Assembly (NCBI GenBank): GCA_050950505.1 | Contig: JBMNHS010000001.1 | Location: 160,001 to 224,000 of the forward strand | Source of the DNA: Candidatus Methanomethylophilaceae archaeon | GTDB lineage: Archaea > Thermoplasmatota > Thermoplasmata > Methanomassiliicoccales > Methanomethylophilaceae | DNA length: 64,000 bases | Reading direction: 5' to 3' | Part shown: positions 1 to 9,426 of the stretch, piece after piece | Layout of the letters: every line of letters begins with the position of its first letter | How positions within the stretch are numbered: the stretch's first letter is position 1 | Notes under the pieces: model-generated | What the model saw: only the letters and a program-made list of their open reading frames with translations | Told to the model about the DNA's origin: nothing | The model's database searches: none | Made by a program: the position numbers and the translations under genes

Positions 1-969
1 AGAGAGGCGGAAATGGTCAAGAAACGACTTGAAGCCGCAGGAATACCTTTTGAAACAATTTTGGATCTTAAGCACTGTGAGCCAGAGCTTATGTGGGCCA
101 AACTGAACGATTCGGATCGTGATGTTTTGGGCCTGGCTTGTGTAATCCGTATTCCTGTTCACAAAGATGCCCTTCCGCCTGCCAGTTCGGGAGTCATTCC
201 CGCCACCCATAAAGGCATGGTAGACATTTCAAATGAAGTCAAAATGAGATATCTTGGAGCTGCGGACCCGGAACTTGTACGTAAGTGGAACAGCCTGGCC
301 GCGGATTGGTATATAGACAACAATTCTGACAACAGAGAAAAGCTATATCACCTTATAAAATCCGGGAGAAATTTCGAATCAGACCGTCTTTTAATCCGGG
401 ATGCAGGAAAATTTTTAGTAGACTGTGATGAAGAATTGATGAGTATCATAAAAACCATGGACCACCCTGAAAAGACACCGAAATCTTCATGGAGCATACG
501 AGGTAAATTGGCAATAAATTGCAGAGACGTCGAATATGCAGAAACATGTGCCGAAAGACTGAGGGAAATGGATTCAAGTGAAGGAGACATTCTCAGTGCC
601 GAAATAAAATACGTCAGAGGAGATTATGAAGGTGCGCTGGAAGATGCCGAAACTTTGTATGCTGAAACGAAAAGCGCAAGAATTGCCATGCTCAGAGGGC
701 GTTCACTGTACGCATTAGAAGAGTATGACCGGGCCGATAGAGTTTTGGTTGGAACTTTAGAAGAATTTTCAGCAATTGGCGATATCTCCCGTGTGGACGA
801 ACTTCTTGTGCTTCGTGCGGGTATAGCGCACAAACGGAACGATACGGAAATGGTCATCAGCCTGCTGAACAAGGCTCTGTATTCCGCCATTGGCAACGAA
901 AAGAAAGAAAAAATCATGAATCTCATCGAAACCGTGGAATCCGGCGAATCAGAACCTGTGTTTGACTGA
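1..969 (+). CDS. TPR-containing protein (5' end lies outside the window)
   Basis: Frame is open from position 1; C-terminal helical TPR-like repeats (AEIKYVRGDYEGALEDAE, RGRSLYALEEYDRA). Confidence 0.6.
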   Translation, partial: REAEMVKKRLEAAGIPFETILDLKHCEPELMWAKLNDSDRDVLGLACVIRIPVHKDALPPASSGVIPATHKGMVDISNEVKMRYLGAADPELVRKWNSLAADWYIDNNSDNREKLYHLIKSGRNFESDRLLIRDAGKFLVDCDEELMSIIKTMDHPEKTPKSSWSIRGKLAINCRDVEYAETCAERLREMDSSEGDILSAEIKYVRGDYEGALEDAETLYAETKSARIAMLRGRSLYALEEYDRADRVLVGTLEEFSAIGDISRVDELLVLRAGIAHKRNDTEMVISLLNKALYSAIGNEKKEKIMNLIETVESGESEPVFD

Positions 970-2487
970 TCAGAACAGTCTGCTCTCTTTGAGAGTGTCT
1001 ATATCGGAAATATACAGTTCACGGATATCCGTGATGTTCCATTTCAGCATAGCCAGTCTCTCGAATCCGAATCCCCATGCGAGCACGGGGTGTTTCACTC
1101 CGAAAGGTGCGACGACTTCGGGTCTGAATATTCCTGCGCCTCCCAGTTCCATCCACTTTCCGTTGAAGAACACTTCGAGTTCCAACGACGGTTCGGTGTA
1201 CGGGAAATATGCAGGCCGTATCCTGACCTGATCGAATCCCATTCTTGCGTAGAATTCCCGGATCAGAGAGATGAGAGTGTTAAAGTTCGCGTTTTCATCT
1301 ATGACGATGCCTTCTATCTGAGTGAATTCCGGAAGATGCGTGGCGTCGATGGATTCCTTCCTGAAAATTCTCGATATGGAGAATGCTTTGCAGGGTGCTT
1401 TCGGATTTTCGGCTATGTAGCGTATGCTGCTTACGGTGCTGTGCGTCCTCAGAATGGCGGATTCCGAAAATTCCCTGGACCATTTTCCTCCCCATCCGCA
1501 GGATCCCGTATCCCCGCCGTCTTCATGAAGACGTTTCACTTTTTCCACCAACCCGTCGTCCTCTTCCCGTATGGACGGGGGGTTTTCGAGATAGAACGTA
1601 TCCTGAAGATCCCTTGCGGGATGGTCCTGAGGCGTGAAAAGAACATCCATGTTCCAGAATGACGGTTGGATGTATTCCGAGGTCATTTCGGTGAATCCCA
1701 TATCCAGGAACATCTGTCTGACCTGATCGGTCAACCGGGTTATCGGCGACCTCTTCGCCGGATAAATCGATGGTGCGAAGGTTCTAACGTCATATCTGCG
1801 GAATTCGGCGTCTTTCCATTTTCCGCTCTGTATCAGTCGGTCCGTGACGTCGGTTATCTCGTCTTTGAGTTTCAGTCCCGATTTTGCGGTTTCCGAACCT
1901 TTTTCCGTCAAAGAAATCTCACGGGCGACTTCGGAGACTTCCCGTATCATGTCCCCTCTGCCTTTCAGTTCTTTGATTATGTCCTTGTCGGCCTCGGCAT
2001 CGGATACGGGACCTTTGACAAGTTTTTTGAAAAATGCTTCAACGGGCATTTCCGAACTGATGAGTTTCTTGCCTTCATCGGTAAGAGCCAGCACTGTGGA
2101 GTCTCCGTCCTTCTTTATATCGGCGAGTTTCTTTCTTTTCAGCCAGCCGATTGCGATTTTGTCTTCCCCCCCGGGCAAAACGTCGGCAAGTTCCGACATT
2201 TCCATGTTGCCGCCGGCGGCGTTTATCGCTTCCACGGCTTTTCTTTCCGGAAGGCCCTCGGTGATTGCCGGGTCTTCCCCCCGAACGTAAAATATCGCGG
2301 TTTCTTCAGAAATCTTTGCCAAGCCTTTGGATTCCAACCAGGATGCCGCGCCCATGACTTCCACTTCAACGGAGAAATCATATTTTTCCATCAACGTCAA
2401 CGGCGAGGCTTTTCCTCCCGCGGTATCAAGTGCCAACAGCAATTTGATTTCGTTGTAACTCAGTTCTTCGGCAACGGTTCGGTCCAT
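970..2487 (-). CDS. pheS: Phenylalanyl-tRNA synthetase alpha subunit (archaeal type)
   Basis: Motifs HPARDLQDTFY, FRKESIDATHLPEFTQIEG, YFPYTEPS, WGFGFERLAM; N-terminal winged-helix extension. Confidence 0.97.
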   Translation of the reverse strand: MDRTVAEELSYNEIKLLLALDTAGGKASPLTLMEKYDFSVEVEVMGAASWLESKGLAKISEETAIFYVRGEDPAITEGLPERKAVEAINAAGGNMEMSELADVLPGGEDKIAIGWLKRKKLADIKKDGDSTVLALTDEGKKLISSEMPVEAFFKKLVKGPVSDAEADKDIIKELKGRGDMIREVSEVAREISLTEKGSETAKSGLKLKDEITDVTDRLIQSGKWKDAEFRRYDVRTFAPSIYPAKRSPITRLTDQVRQMFLDMGFTEMTSEYIQPSFWNMDVLFTPQDHPARDLQDTFYLENPPSIREEDDGLVEKVKRLHEDGGDTGSCGWGGKWSREFSESAILRTHSTVSSIRYIAENPKAPCKAFSISRIFRKESIDATHLPEFTQIEGIVIDENANFNTLISLIREFYARMGFDQVRIRPAYFPYTEPSLELEVFFNGKWMELGGAGIFRPEVVAPFGVKHPVLAWGFGFERLAMLKWNITDIRELYISDIDTLKESRLF

Positions 2488-2490
2488 GTT

Positions 2491-3627
2491 TCATTCACCG
2501 TCCCGGTTCCAATCGAATCCGCCGTAAGTCATCCCTCCGACGGTTTCTCTGGCTTTCTCGCGTTTTGCCTGGTGTTCTTCCAGGAACACGTTGATTCTTG
2601 AAGTGAGTTCTTTCTTGCATTCGCCGCAGAGAATTCCTCCGGCTCTGCATTTCTCCGCCCGTTGGTTCAGTTTGGCGTCGTCAGCTTCGAACATATAGAA
2701 AAAGTACATGAAAACGGCACAGATCTCCGGATTTCCGCCTTTTTCTCTTTGTTCGTCCACGGTAACCCGGCCGCCGGTGAACGCCTGTCCGACTTTCTTC
2801 TTGACTTCCTTCGGATTGTCGGTAGTGTATATCGTTGCGTTACGGTCCGAGGAGGACATCTTGTCCCCGCCGCTGAGTCCCGGGAACATCTTGCAATAAA
2901 CCATTGCGGGTTTGGGATATCCCAGTCCCGGGGCCACATCCCTTGCGGCCCTGAAATGCGGATCCTGATCTATTCCGCAGGGTATCAGACAGGGAATTTC
3001 CTTTCCGGCTTCTTCCGTCGGAAGGAATGCGGGTGCCGCCTGTATCGAAGTGAAGAATATCGAACCGATGTTGGTTGAATTGTCGAATCCGAAAACGGCT
3101 TTGGCGGTGGAGAAAGTTATTTTCTTGGATACTTTCAAAGCGATGGGATACAGAGTCCTGATGTTCTCCGTATCCAGTATTATCCTGGTTTTTTCGGGAT
3201 TGAATCCCAAAGCCGCAAAATCCAATGCGTTTTCATATGCCAGACCGCGGGTCTGTTCCAAGGTCAGATCCTGAAACAGGAACTTCTCGTCATCGGTCAT
3301 CTGGAAAAGCATGTGAACGTCAAAAACATCCTGAAGCCATTTGGCAAACATCCAGGGCATCACGTGTCCCAGATGGGTGTTTCCCGAGGGGCCTCTTCCG
3401 GTATAAAGAACGAATTCTTCCCCTTTGTCGAATTTATCCAACAGTTGATTCAGATCTCTGTGCGAATAGAATATGCCGCGTCTGAGCATCGGGTGCACTT
3501 CCCCGTACTTTTCGAGACGTTTCAGCAATCCGTCGTCTATCGGAACGGTACCGAACTTCTTCTGAAGAAGGTCGTAATCTATTTCTCCCGTGACTTTCCA
3601 CGGAGTTACCGTAAAATTCTCTGCCAT
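2491..3627 (-). CDS. trpS: Tryptophanyl-tRNA synthetase
   Basis: YTGRGPSG..HLGH, DDEKFL, GIDQDPHFR, KMSSS. Confidence 0.97.
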   Translation of the reverse strand: MAENFTVTPWKVTGEIDYDLLQKKFGTVPIDDGLLKRLEKYGEVHPMLRRGIFYSHRDLNQLLDKFDKGEEFVLYTGRGPSGNTHLGHVMPWMFAKWLQDVFDVHMLFQMTDDEKFLFQDLTLEQTRGLAYENALDFAALGFNPEKTRIILDTENIRTLYPIALKVSKKITFSTAKAVFGFDNSTNIGSIFFTSIQAAPAFLPTEEAGKEIPCLIPCGIDQDPHFRAARDVAPGLGYPKPAMVYCKMFPGLSGGDKMSSSDRNATIYTTDNPKEVKKKVGQAFTGGRVTVDEQREKGGNPEICAVFMYFFYMFEADDAKLNQRAEKCRAGGILCGECKKELTSRINVFLEEHQAKREKARETVGGMTYGGFDWNRDGE

Positions 3628-3843
3628 TCAGAACGGTTCACGTACCACAACGGTTTTAATCTTTCTGATTTCGGCAGGGATATCGGCTTTCTGAAAGGGA
3701 GAGAATATTTTTTTCTTATACCTGAGAATGTTTTAACCGAGTCGGTTCGTCAAAAACAAAATGGGGATATTTACAAATCAGCGCCATACCGAATTCTACA
3801 TACGGCAGATTTAATATTGGATATTAGATTTAACGGAATTGAT

Positions 3844-5055
3844 ATGTACATAAAAGGACACATGAAAACACCGTGAAGAAATCATCAACGATGTTCGGAG
3901 CCGTGCTTGTGACCGGTTCCCGGCAGGTCGGTAAAACGACCATGCTCAGGGAAATCACGTCAGACACGAGATATGTTTCATTGGACGATTTGATTTATTT
4001 ATCCTCCGCAGTCAACGAGAGCATAACGTTTTTCAAGGATTTTCCTCCGCCGGTTTTCATTGACGAAGTGCAACGCGCACCTTCACTTTTTACCATGATG
4101 AAAAAATAATAGACGAGAAAAAGAAGAAGGGGCTGTTTTATCTGTCCGGATCGCAGCAGTTCCGAATGATGAAGAACGTCAGCGAATCGCTTGCGGGCAG
4201 AATGGGCATCCTCACTCTGTCAGGATTGTCATTGAGAGAAATGTCGGGAACATCCTTCGACAAACCGTTTATTCCGACAAAGACGTATTTCAGTGAACGG
4301 ACCGAGGCGTATGAACCGATAAATCAGGATTCTCTTTGGGAGATTATCCAAAGGGGATGTTTGCCGGAGCTTTTTTCGACGAAGGAGATGGATTGGAGGA
4401 TGTTTTACTCCTCTTATGTTAACTCGTACATTGAACGCGATGTCCGGGAATTGGTTAACGTCGACAATGAACTGAAGTTCATCAGATTTATGACCGTCAT
4501 TGCCGGAGCACAGGATCCGTTCTCAACCTGTCGTGTGGCTAACGATGTCGGCGTGAGCGTCCCTACTGTTGAACGTTGGATTTCCGTGCTCAGAGCATCC
4601 ACCATCATCCATCTGCTTCAGCCGTATCACAACAATATCACCAACCGTACCGTTAAAATGCCCAAGCTGTATTTTCCGGATACGGGATTGGCGGCATACC
4701 TCACAGGATGGAACACACCGGACGTCCTTCGCAATGGTGCCATGGCAGGCGCATTTTTCGAGACTTTCGTCATTTCCGGGATATTGAAAAGCAACTACAA
4801 TGCGGGCATCCCGGATCCTCATCTTTATTATTACAGAGACCGGGACGGGAATGAGATAGACTTGCTGACAGAAGAAAACGGTCTGCTGCATCCGATAGAA
4901 ATCAAAAAGAATTCCGATCCCGGCAAAAGAGACATCAAAGCATTCAAGATCATAGGTAAATTCGGAAACAGAGGGTCGGAGGAATCGTATGCACCTACGA
5001 CCGTTTGCTCTCACTCGGCGAAAATAACCGGATAATACCCATAGGAATGATTTGA
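3844..5055 (+). pseudogene. Frameshifted AAA ATPase / DUF4143 family gene
   Basis: Walker A GSRQVGKT, Walker B FIDEVQ, LAGR, PKLYFPDTG, YYYRDRDGNEID..PIEIK are spread over several frames; frameshifts near 3862, 4101-4106 (A6 run), 4506/4533 and 4978. Confidence 0.85.
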
Positions 5056-5161
5056 TTCGATTTTTCGGAATGAGGGATAAAGTACAATCCGTTGAATGAA
5101 TCGGCAGATATCCCACTCGGGCCCGTTATAAAATTCCAAGAATGTACGCTTTGTTTCCAAT

Positions 5162-5668
5162 ATGGCGACTCAGACTCTTTTCTGTCCGCCGGCGAAAAAC
5201 GAATCCCTTATTTACATCGTTGAGAATCGTATGCCCATGTGGAAAATTCTTGGAAAGGACGCGATGTACCTTGACATACCTTATGTCTTCGCCGAAAGAA
5301 TGGGAGAACTTGCGGGAGAAGAAGAAAATGCGGACAGGTTCAGATCCTGTCTCGAAGAGTCCGAAATCAAATTCATGATCAATCCGGAAACCGAAGAATG
5401 TTCTTTCATGATTTACATACCCGAGGAGCTTACGCCGGAAGAAATACAGAACCTCGCAGAAACCGCTTTGGCCGTGGCTCAGGCTTACGATGCGCCGTTC
5501 GTTACCGCCGAGAACGTGGAACAGAGATACAAAATCGTACTTACCAACAGCAAAGAACCGGAACTCATCGGCCTGAACAAAACAGAAGGATTCAGCTCCG
5601 GACAGGTATTCATGCCCATCTTCGATTCCCTGTCGAAGCCCGGAAGACTCAACCCCCAGTTTCAGTGA
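5162..5668 (+). CDS. Hypothetical protein
   Basis: 168-aa acidic ORF with TATA-like TTATAA about 30 nt upstream; no recognised motif. Confidence 0.6.
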   Translation: MATQTLFCPPAKNESLIYIVENRMPMWKILGKDAMYLDIPYVFAERMGELAGEEENADRFRSCLEESEIKFMINPETEECSFMIYIPEELTPEEIQNLAETALAVAQAYDAPFVTAENVEQRYKIVLTNSKEPELIGLNKTEGFSSGQVFMPIFDSLSKPGRLNPQFQ

Positions 5669-5677
5669 AGCCCGTCT

Positions 5678-6814
5678 TCAGGGAAGATCCAGTTCCCCGA
5701 AATCGCTGAGATCCCTCAGAGGGGTGCCGGGAAGTTTTTCATCGGCATTTCTTCCGCGGTTCTCATCATCGAGACGGACGAACACGGGAACCGGACGGAA
5801 TACTTTCCATTTGGCGGCTATGTCCCTCACCAACGTTCTTTCGTTTGTGGTGTAGTACAATATGCAGGTGTATCCCACGACGAAAATTATAGCCAGTGCG
5901 GAAACTCCTATGTAAGTCAGAACCTGCAAAGGATCCGATTTGTTGATTGCCAGAAATACGTAAATCAGAGTCGCGCCTATGGGCAGTGCCATTCTTTTCA
6001 TCGTTTCCATGGCGCCGCTGTGAATATGAAAGGCCCGGTAGTTCGTTTCTATGCGCACTTCCAGAGATTTGAATATGGTGAAGGGAAGAACCAACAGAGG
6101 AATCATCAGAATCAGAGAGAACATGAACACGGAAACCGACGTCAACGAACCGTACGTATCGGAATCCATAAAGTTGGGATTCATTGAGATGTAAATCCAG
6201 ATTGTCATGCCCAACATCAACGCCACGGTGATTGTCTGCATCATTTCCTTCCAGGGTATTGACGTCCTTTCAAGATTGTAATTCATTGTGATGTTTCTTG
6301 TATCAAGATCCTCCGGCACGTTGAAAATGAAAGAAATCACTTTGTCGAACACGTTGAATTTTTTCTTGACGTTCATGTATTCTATGGAGTGGACCACTTT
6401 GTAAAACATGAATCTCTGAAAACCTTCGGCCAAAGCGACCACCCCGGTGCCCCCGAAGAGAATGAAGAGCGTAAAGAACAGAATCGTCAGCGTCAAAGTT
6501 ATGTGTCCGGTGAAATGAAGAACCGCGAACAACAGTACAAGCAACAGTACCGCCAACGAAGATTTCCAACGCCTTTCGTGGATGTAAATCAATATTCCAT
6601 CCAGGAACAGCGGCAGAGTCATAACGGGAACGATGTCGTAAAGAGTGTAGTCGCCGGAAACCGCCATAAAATATGCGGCAACGGCACAGGGGATTATGGC
6701 CAGCAAAGTAACCAGCAAAACAGTCTTATCAAATTTCCTTACAAGACTAAGATCCGGAGACAGTTTTGTAGACCAGAAAAACCTGCCTTTTCCCCTTTCG
6801 ATTTTAGGTTTCAT
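5678..6814 (-). CDS. Multi-pass membrane protein, unknown function
   Basis: About 8 hydrophobic segments; ATG at 6814 overlaps the upstream TGA (ATGA coupling). Confidence 0.75.
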   Translation of the reverse strand: MKPKIERGKGRFFWSTKLSPDLSLVRKFDKTVLLVTLLAIIPCAVAAYFMAVSGDYTLYDIVPVMTLPLFLDGILIYIHERRWKSSLAVLLLVLLFAVLHFTGHITLTLTILFFTLFILFGGTGVVALAEGFQRFMFYKVVHSIEYMNVKKKFNVFDKVISFIFNVPEDLDTRNITMNYNLERTSIPWKEMMQTITVALMLGMTIWIYISMNPNFMDSDTYGSLTSVSVFMFSLILMIPLLVLPFTIFKSLEVRIETNYRAFHIHSGAMETMKRMALPIGATLIYVFLAINKSDPLQVLTYIGVSALAIIFVVGYTCILYYTTNERTLVRDIAAKWKVFRPVPVFVRLDDENRGRNADEKLPGTPLRDLSDFGELDLP

Positions 6815-7158
6815 TTCTTTTCCGTCCAAACTTCCACGTCCGCCGTGGCTTTGTCGCCTCTGAACACCCCGAGAACGAAGGACATCTCGGTCCAAGTCTC
6901 GGTGGAGATGGGACCCAACGTACCGTCGGTTATTCCGTCAAGATGTCTTATCGGATTTCCGGTCTGATTGAATACCGCCACATCCACCGGACGGTCGGAC
7001 CTGGCATGGAGATACAGGAGTCTTTTCGGTTTCACGTTTATGTGGATGTGGACCACATTCCTGAACAGACTGGGCTCCGTAGGATCGAATTCGCCCACAA
7101 GAATACCTTCCTGTTCGAATACGACTTGTTTTCTTTTGAAAAGTCCCACTCCGTTCAC
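6811..7158 (-). CDS. Hypothetical protein (start may be GTG 7149)
   Basis: 115-aa beta-rich ORF translationally coupled to the downstream membrane gene. Confidence 0.65.
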   Translation of the reverse strand: MNGVGLFKRKQVVFEQEGILVGEFDPTEPSLFRNVVHIHINVKPKRLLYLHARSDRPVDVAVFNQTGNPIRHLDGITDGTLGPISTETWTEMSFVLGVFRGDKATADVEVWTEKK

Positions 7159-7218
7159 TCCCGAAAATCAGTATGGAATAGTTGTTTATTAGTATTGGGA
7201 TTTTCAAAATGCGCGGAA

Positions 7219-8211
7219 TCATTCTTCATAATCGATTTCAAGATCCGTTGAAAACTTCCACATCCGGGGGTAATGGCCCGGATCCATGAGAACCCGCTCG
7301 GTGCGGACGGCGGTTCCTTTGTCGGTTTCCATTATTTTGGAAGACGACATGGCCGCCTTTCCCAATCCTATGAGTTCCCCCCGGGCCGTCATCATGGCCA
7401 CAAGGGCATTTTTCCGTATCCCGTCATCGAGCATGTGGACACCGGACACCATGAGATCCGCGCCGTGGCATACCGCGTCAACGGCGGTGGGTTTGACGAT
7501 GAACTTGGGAAGGGGTTCCACAAGATCTTCCATGGGCCTGATCATGCTCCGCAGCCATTTTTCTCTTCCTTTTTCCTGCCAGAACACATATGCGTCTTTC
7601 AGATCGTGAAGAGTGACGGCGTCTTTCTCGGTCATTTTTCCGGAACGGTTTCTTCTCAGTTCCGTCATGCTTCCCCCGCTGCCCAGGGCCTCGCCGATGT
7701 CCACGCATAGCGTCCGTATGTAAGTTCCCGCGTCGCAGGAGACTCTGAAAAGAATGTCCCTCCCGGATATTTCGAATATTTCCAATTCGTGGATTGTACG
7801 TATCCTCATCTGTCTTTTGATTGCGGAACGCACCGGGGGCATCTGGTATATTTTTCCGACAAAACGGTTCATGACCTCCCGTATCCTTTCCTCGGAACGG
7901 TCGGCGTGAAGTCTCATGGAACAGACATATTCCTTGTCGGAAGAAAGAACGATGTCCGTGAGTCTGACGGCCTTTCCGACGGTTATCGGCAACACGCCGC
8001 TGACGTAAGGATCCAACGTGCCTCCGTGACCCATCCGCTCCGCCTGTATCGCGTCCTTCGCCCAGGCGGTGACCTGATGGGAGGTTGGGCCTTGGGGTTT
8101 GTCCAAAGCTATGACTCCGGCCTGCAACAGTTCTCCCAGAGATCTGTCGGAAGGCCGCTTGCCCCATTTGTCCCGTATGGTGTCAGGATCCTTCACTAAC
8201 ATTTCTGTCAT
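7219..8211 (-). CDS. truB: H/ACA RNA-guided pseudouridine synthase Cbf5/TruB
   Basis: DKPQGPTSHQV, GHGGTLDP, CDAGTYIRTLC, C-terminal PUA domain. Confidence 0.96.
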   Translation of the reverse strand: MTEMLVKDPDTIRDKWGKRPSDRSLGELLQAGVIALDKPQGPTSHQVTAWAKDAIQAERMGHGGTLDPYVSGVLPITVGKAVRLTDIVLSSDKEYVCSMRLHADRSEERIREVMNRFVGKIYQMPPVRSAIKRQMRIRTIHELEIFEISGRDILFRVSCDAGTYIRTLCVDIGEALGSGGSMTELRRNRSGKMTEKDAVTLHDLKDAYVFWQEKGREKWLRSMIRPMEDLVEPLPKFIVKPTAVDAVCHGADLMVSGVHMLDDGIRKNALVAMMTARGELIGLGKAAMSSSKIMETDKGTAVRTERVLMDPGHYPRMWKFSTDLEIDYEE

Positions 8212-8731
8212 TGAGTGCTCCGAGTATTTTATCGATCACTTCGTCGGGGGTGAGGTCGTCGGTATTGATTATCAAATCGTAAACGCTCAGATCGCCGATG
8301 TCGATTCCGTAATACTGCATGTATCTTTTCGCTTCCGACTCCTCGCGTCGGGAAGTGTCTATGCAGGCACGTTCGTATTCCGCGTCTTCCCTGTCGCAGA
8401 TGCGTTTCATGCGGACTTCGGGACTTGCGTGAATGTAGACTCTGAAAGCGTCGATGTCTTTCTTTTTCGTGAGGTATGCGGAAAGTCTCGACTCGAGAAT
8501 TATATTTTTGTTTTCCCGGGCCACGTCAAGAATTGCGGAATCTATCTCCCGGTCAATCGACGGATCTTTTTCCGCCAAGGCGCCGAACTCGGAAACGGTC
8601 ATGCCCCTCTCGGCGGCCATCTCTCTGAAAACTTGTCCGAATATTATCTGACGATATCCCAATATCTCGGATAATCTGCGGCAAGCCGTGGATTTTCCCG
8701 AACCGGGCGGACCGCTGATAGTGATTCTCAT
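8183..8731 (-). CDS. cmk: Cytidylate kinase (archaeal)
   Basis: MRITISGPPGSGKST, ESRL, YDLIINT; canonical position upstream of truB. Confidence 0.92.
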   Translation of the reverse strand: MRITISGPPGSGKSTACRRLSEILGYRQIIFGQVFREMAAERGMTVSEFGALAEKDPSIDREIDSAILDVARENKNIILESRLSAYLTKKKDIDAFRVYIHASPEVRMKRICDREDAEYERACIDTSRREESEAKRYMQYYGIDIGDLSVYDLIINTDDLTPDEVIDKILGALNDRNVSEGS

Positions 8732-9426
8732 TCTACCGTAGTCGTGTATTCGCCTTCGGTTTCGGCGATGCGCTTCTTGAGCAGGAGGTATCTGACGAAC
8801 TTACCCATGAGCTGTCCGATGGGAATGCTTATCAGGGTGTAAATCAGAATCCAGGAGGGCAGCACCATGGTTGCCATCAGATCCACCCCGGCCGCCCAGG
8901 GGACGTTGATGAAAAGAAGCGATTCCGGAACACTATGGTTCAGGAAGTAAAACACCCATGCGTAAATCGGTATCACGATTATCATCGTCACGGGCATAAT
9001 TTTCATCTGATCCTGGCTGGATTCCATGGATTTGGACATCATGACGGGCTGTTGATCCGTGAGTTTCTTGATTTTATACAGATTGTTCTCCAATCTGGCT
9101 TCCCTCATCTCCCGGTTGAACTCTTTCTGAAGGTGCTGGCTCTTGGCCATCTTCAGAGGGTCGGAAAGAACGGTTCTGATGACGCTGCTGAGCGTCGTCA
9201 TTATCAGACCCGCAATCATCAGGGTCAGGACGGGGTACTGCCCGCCGAACCCTATGTATTTGAACACGAAATTCAGATACTGTCCAACCTGTTCCCTGTA
9301 CATCATAACGACGAACATCAGAACCAGGGAGAGCAGCATCCCGATCATTGTGTTCTTGGGCATCTGCGGCATGTTTTCCATCTGGTTGCCCATCTGTCCT
9401 TTTCCTCCCGGATTAGCCATTTTCAT
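8728..9426 (-). CDS. DUF106 (EMC3/TMCO1, Oxa1 superfamily) membrane protein
   Basis: TM, coiled coil, TM, TM layout; directly downstream of secY. Confidence 0.85.
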   Translation of the reverse strand: MKMANPGGKGQMGNQMENMPQMPKNTMIGMLLSLVLMFVVMMYREQVGQYLNFVFKYIGFGGQYPVLTLMIAGLIMTTLSSVIRTVLSDPLKMAKSQHLQKEFNREMREARLENNLYKIKKLTDQQPVMMSKSMESSQDQMKIMPVTMIIVIPIYAWVFYFLNHSVPESLLFINVPWAAGVDLMATMVLPSWILIYTLISIPIGQLMGKFVRYLLLKKRIAETEGEYTTTVE

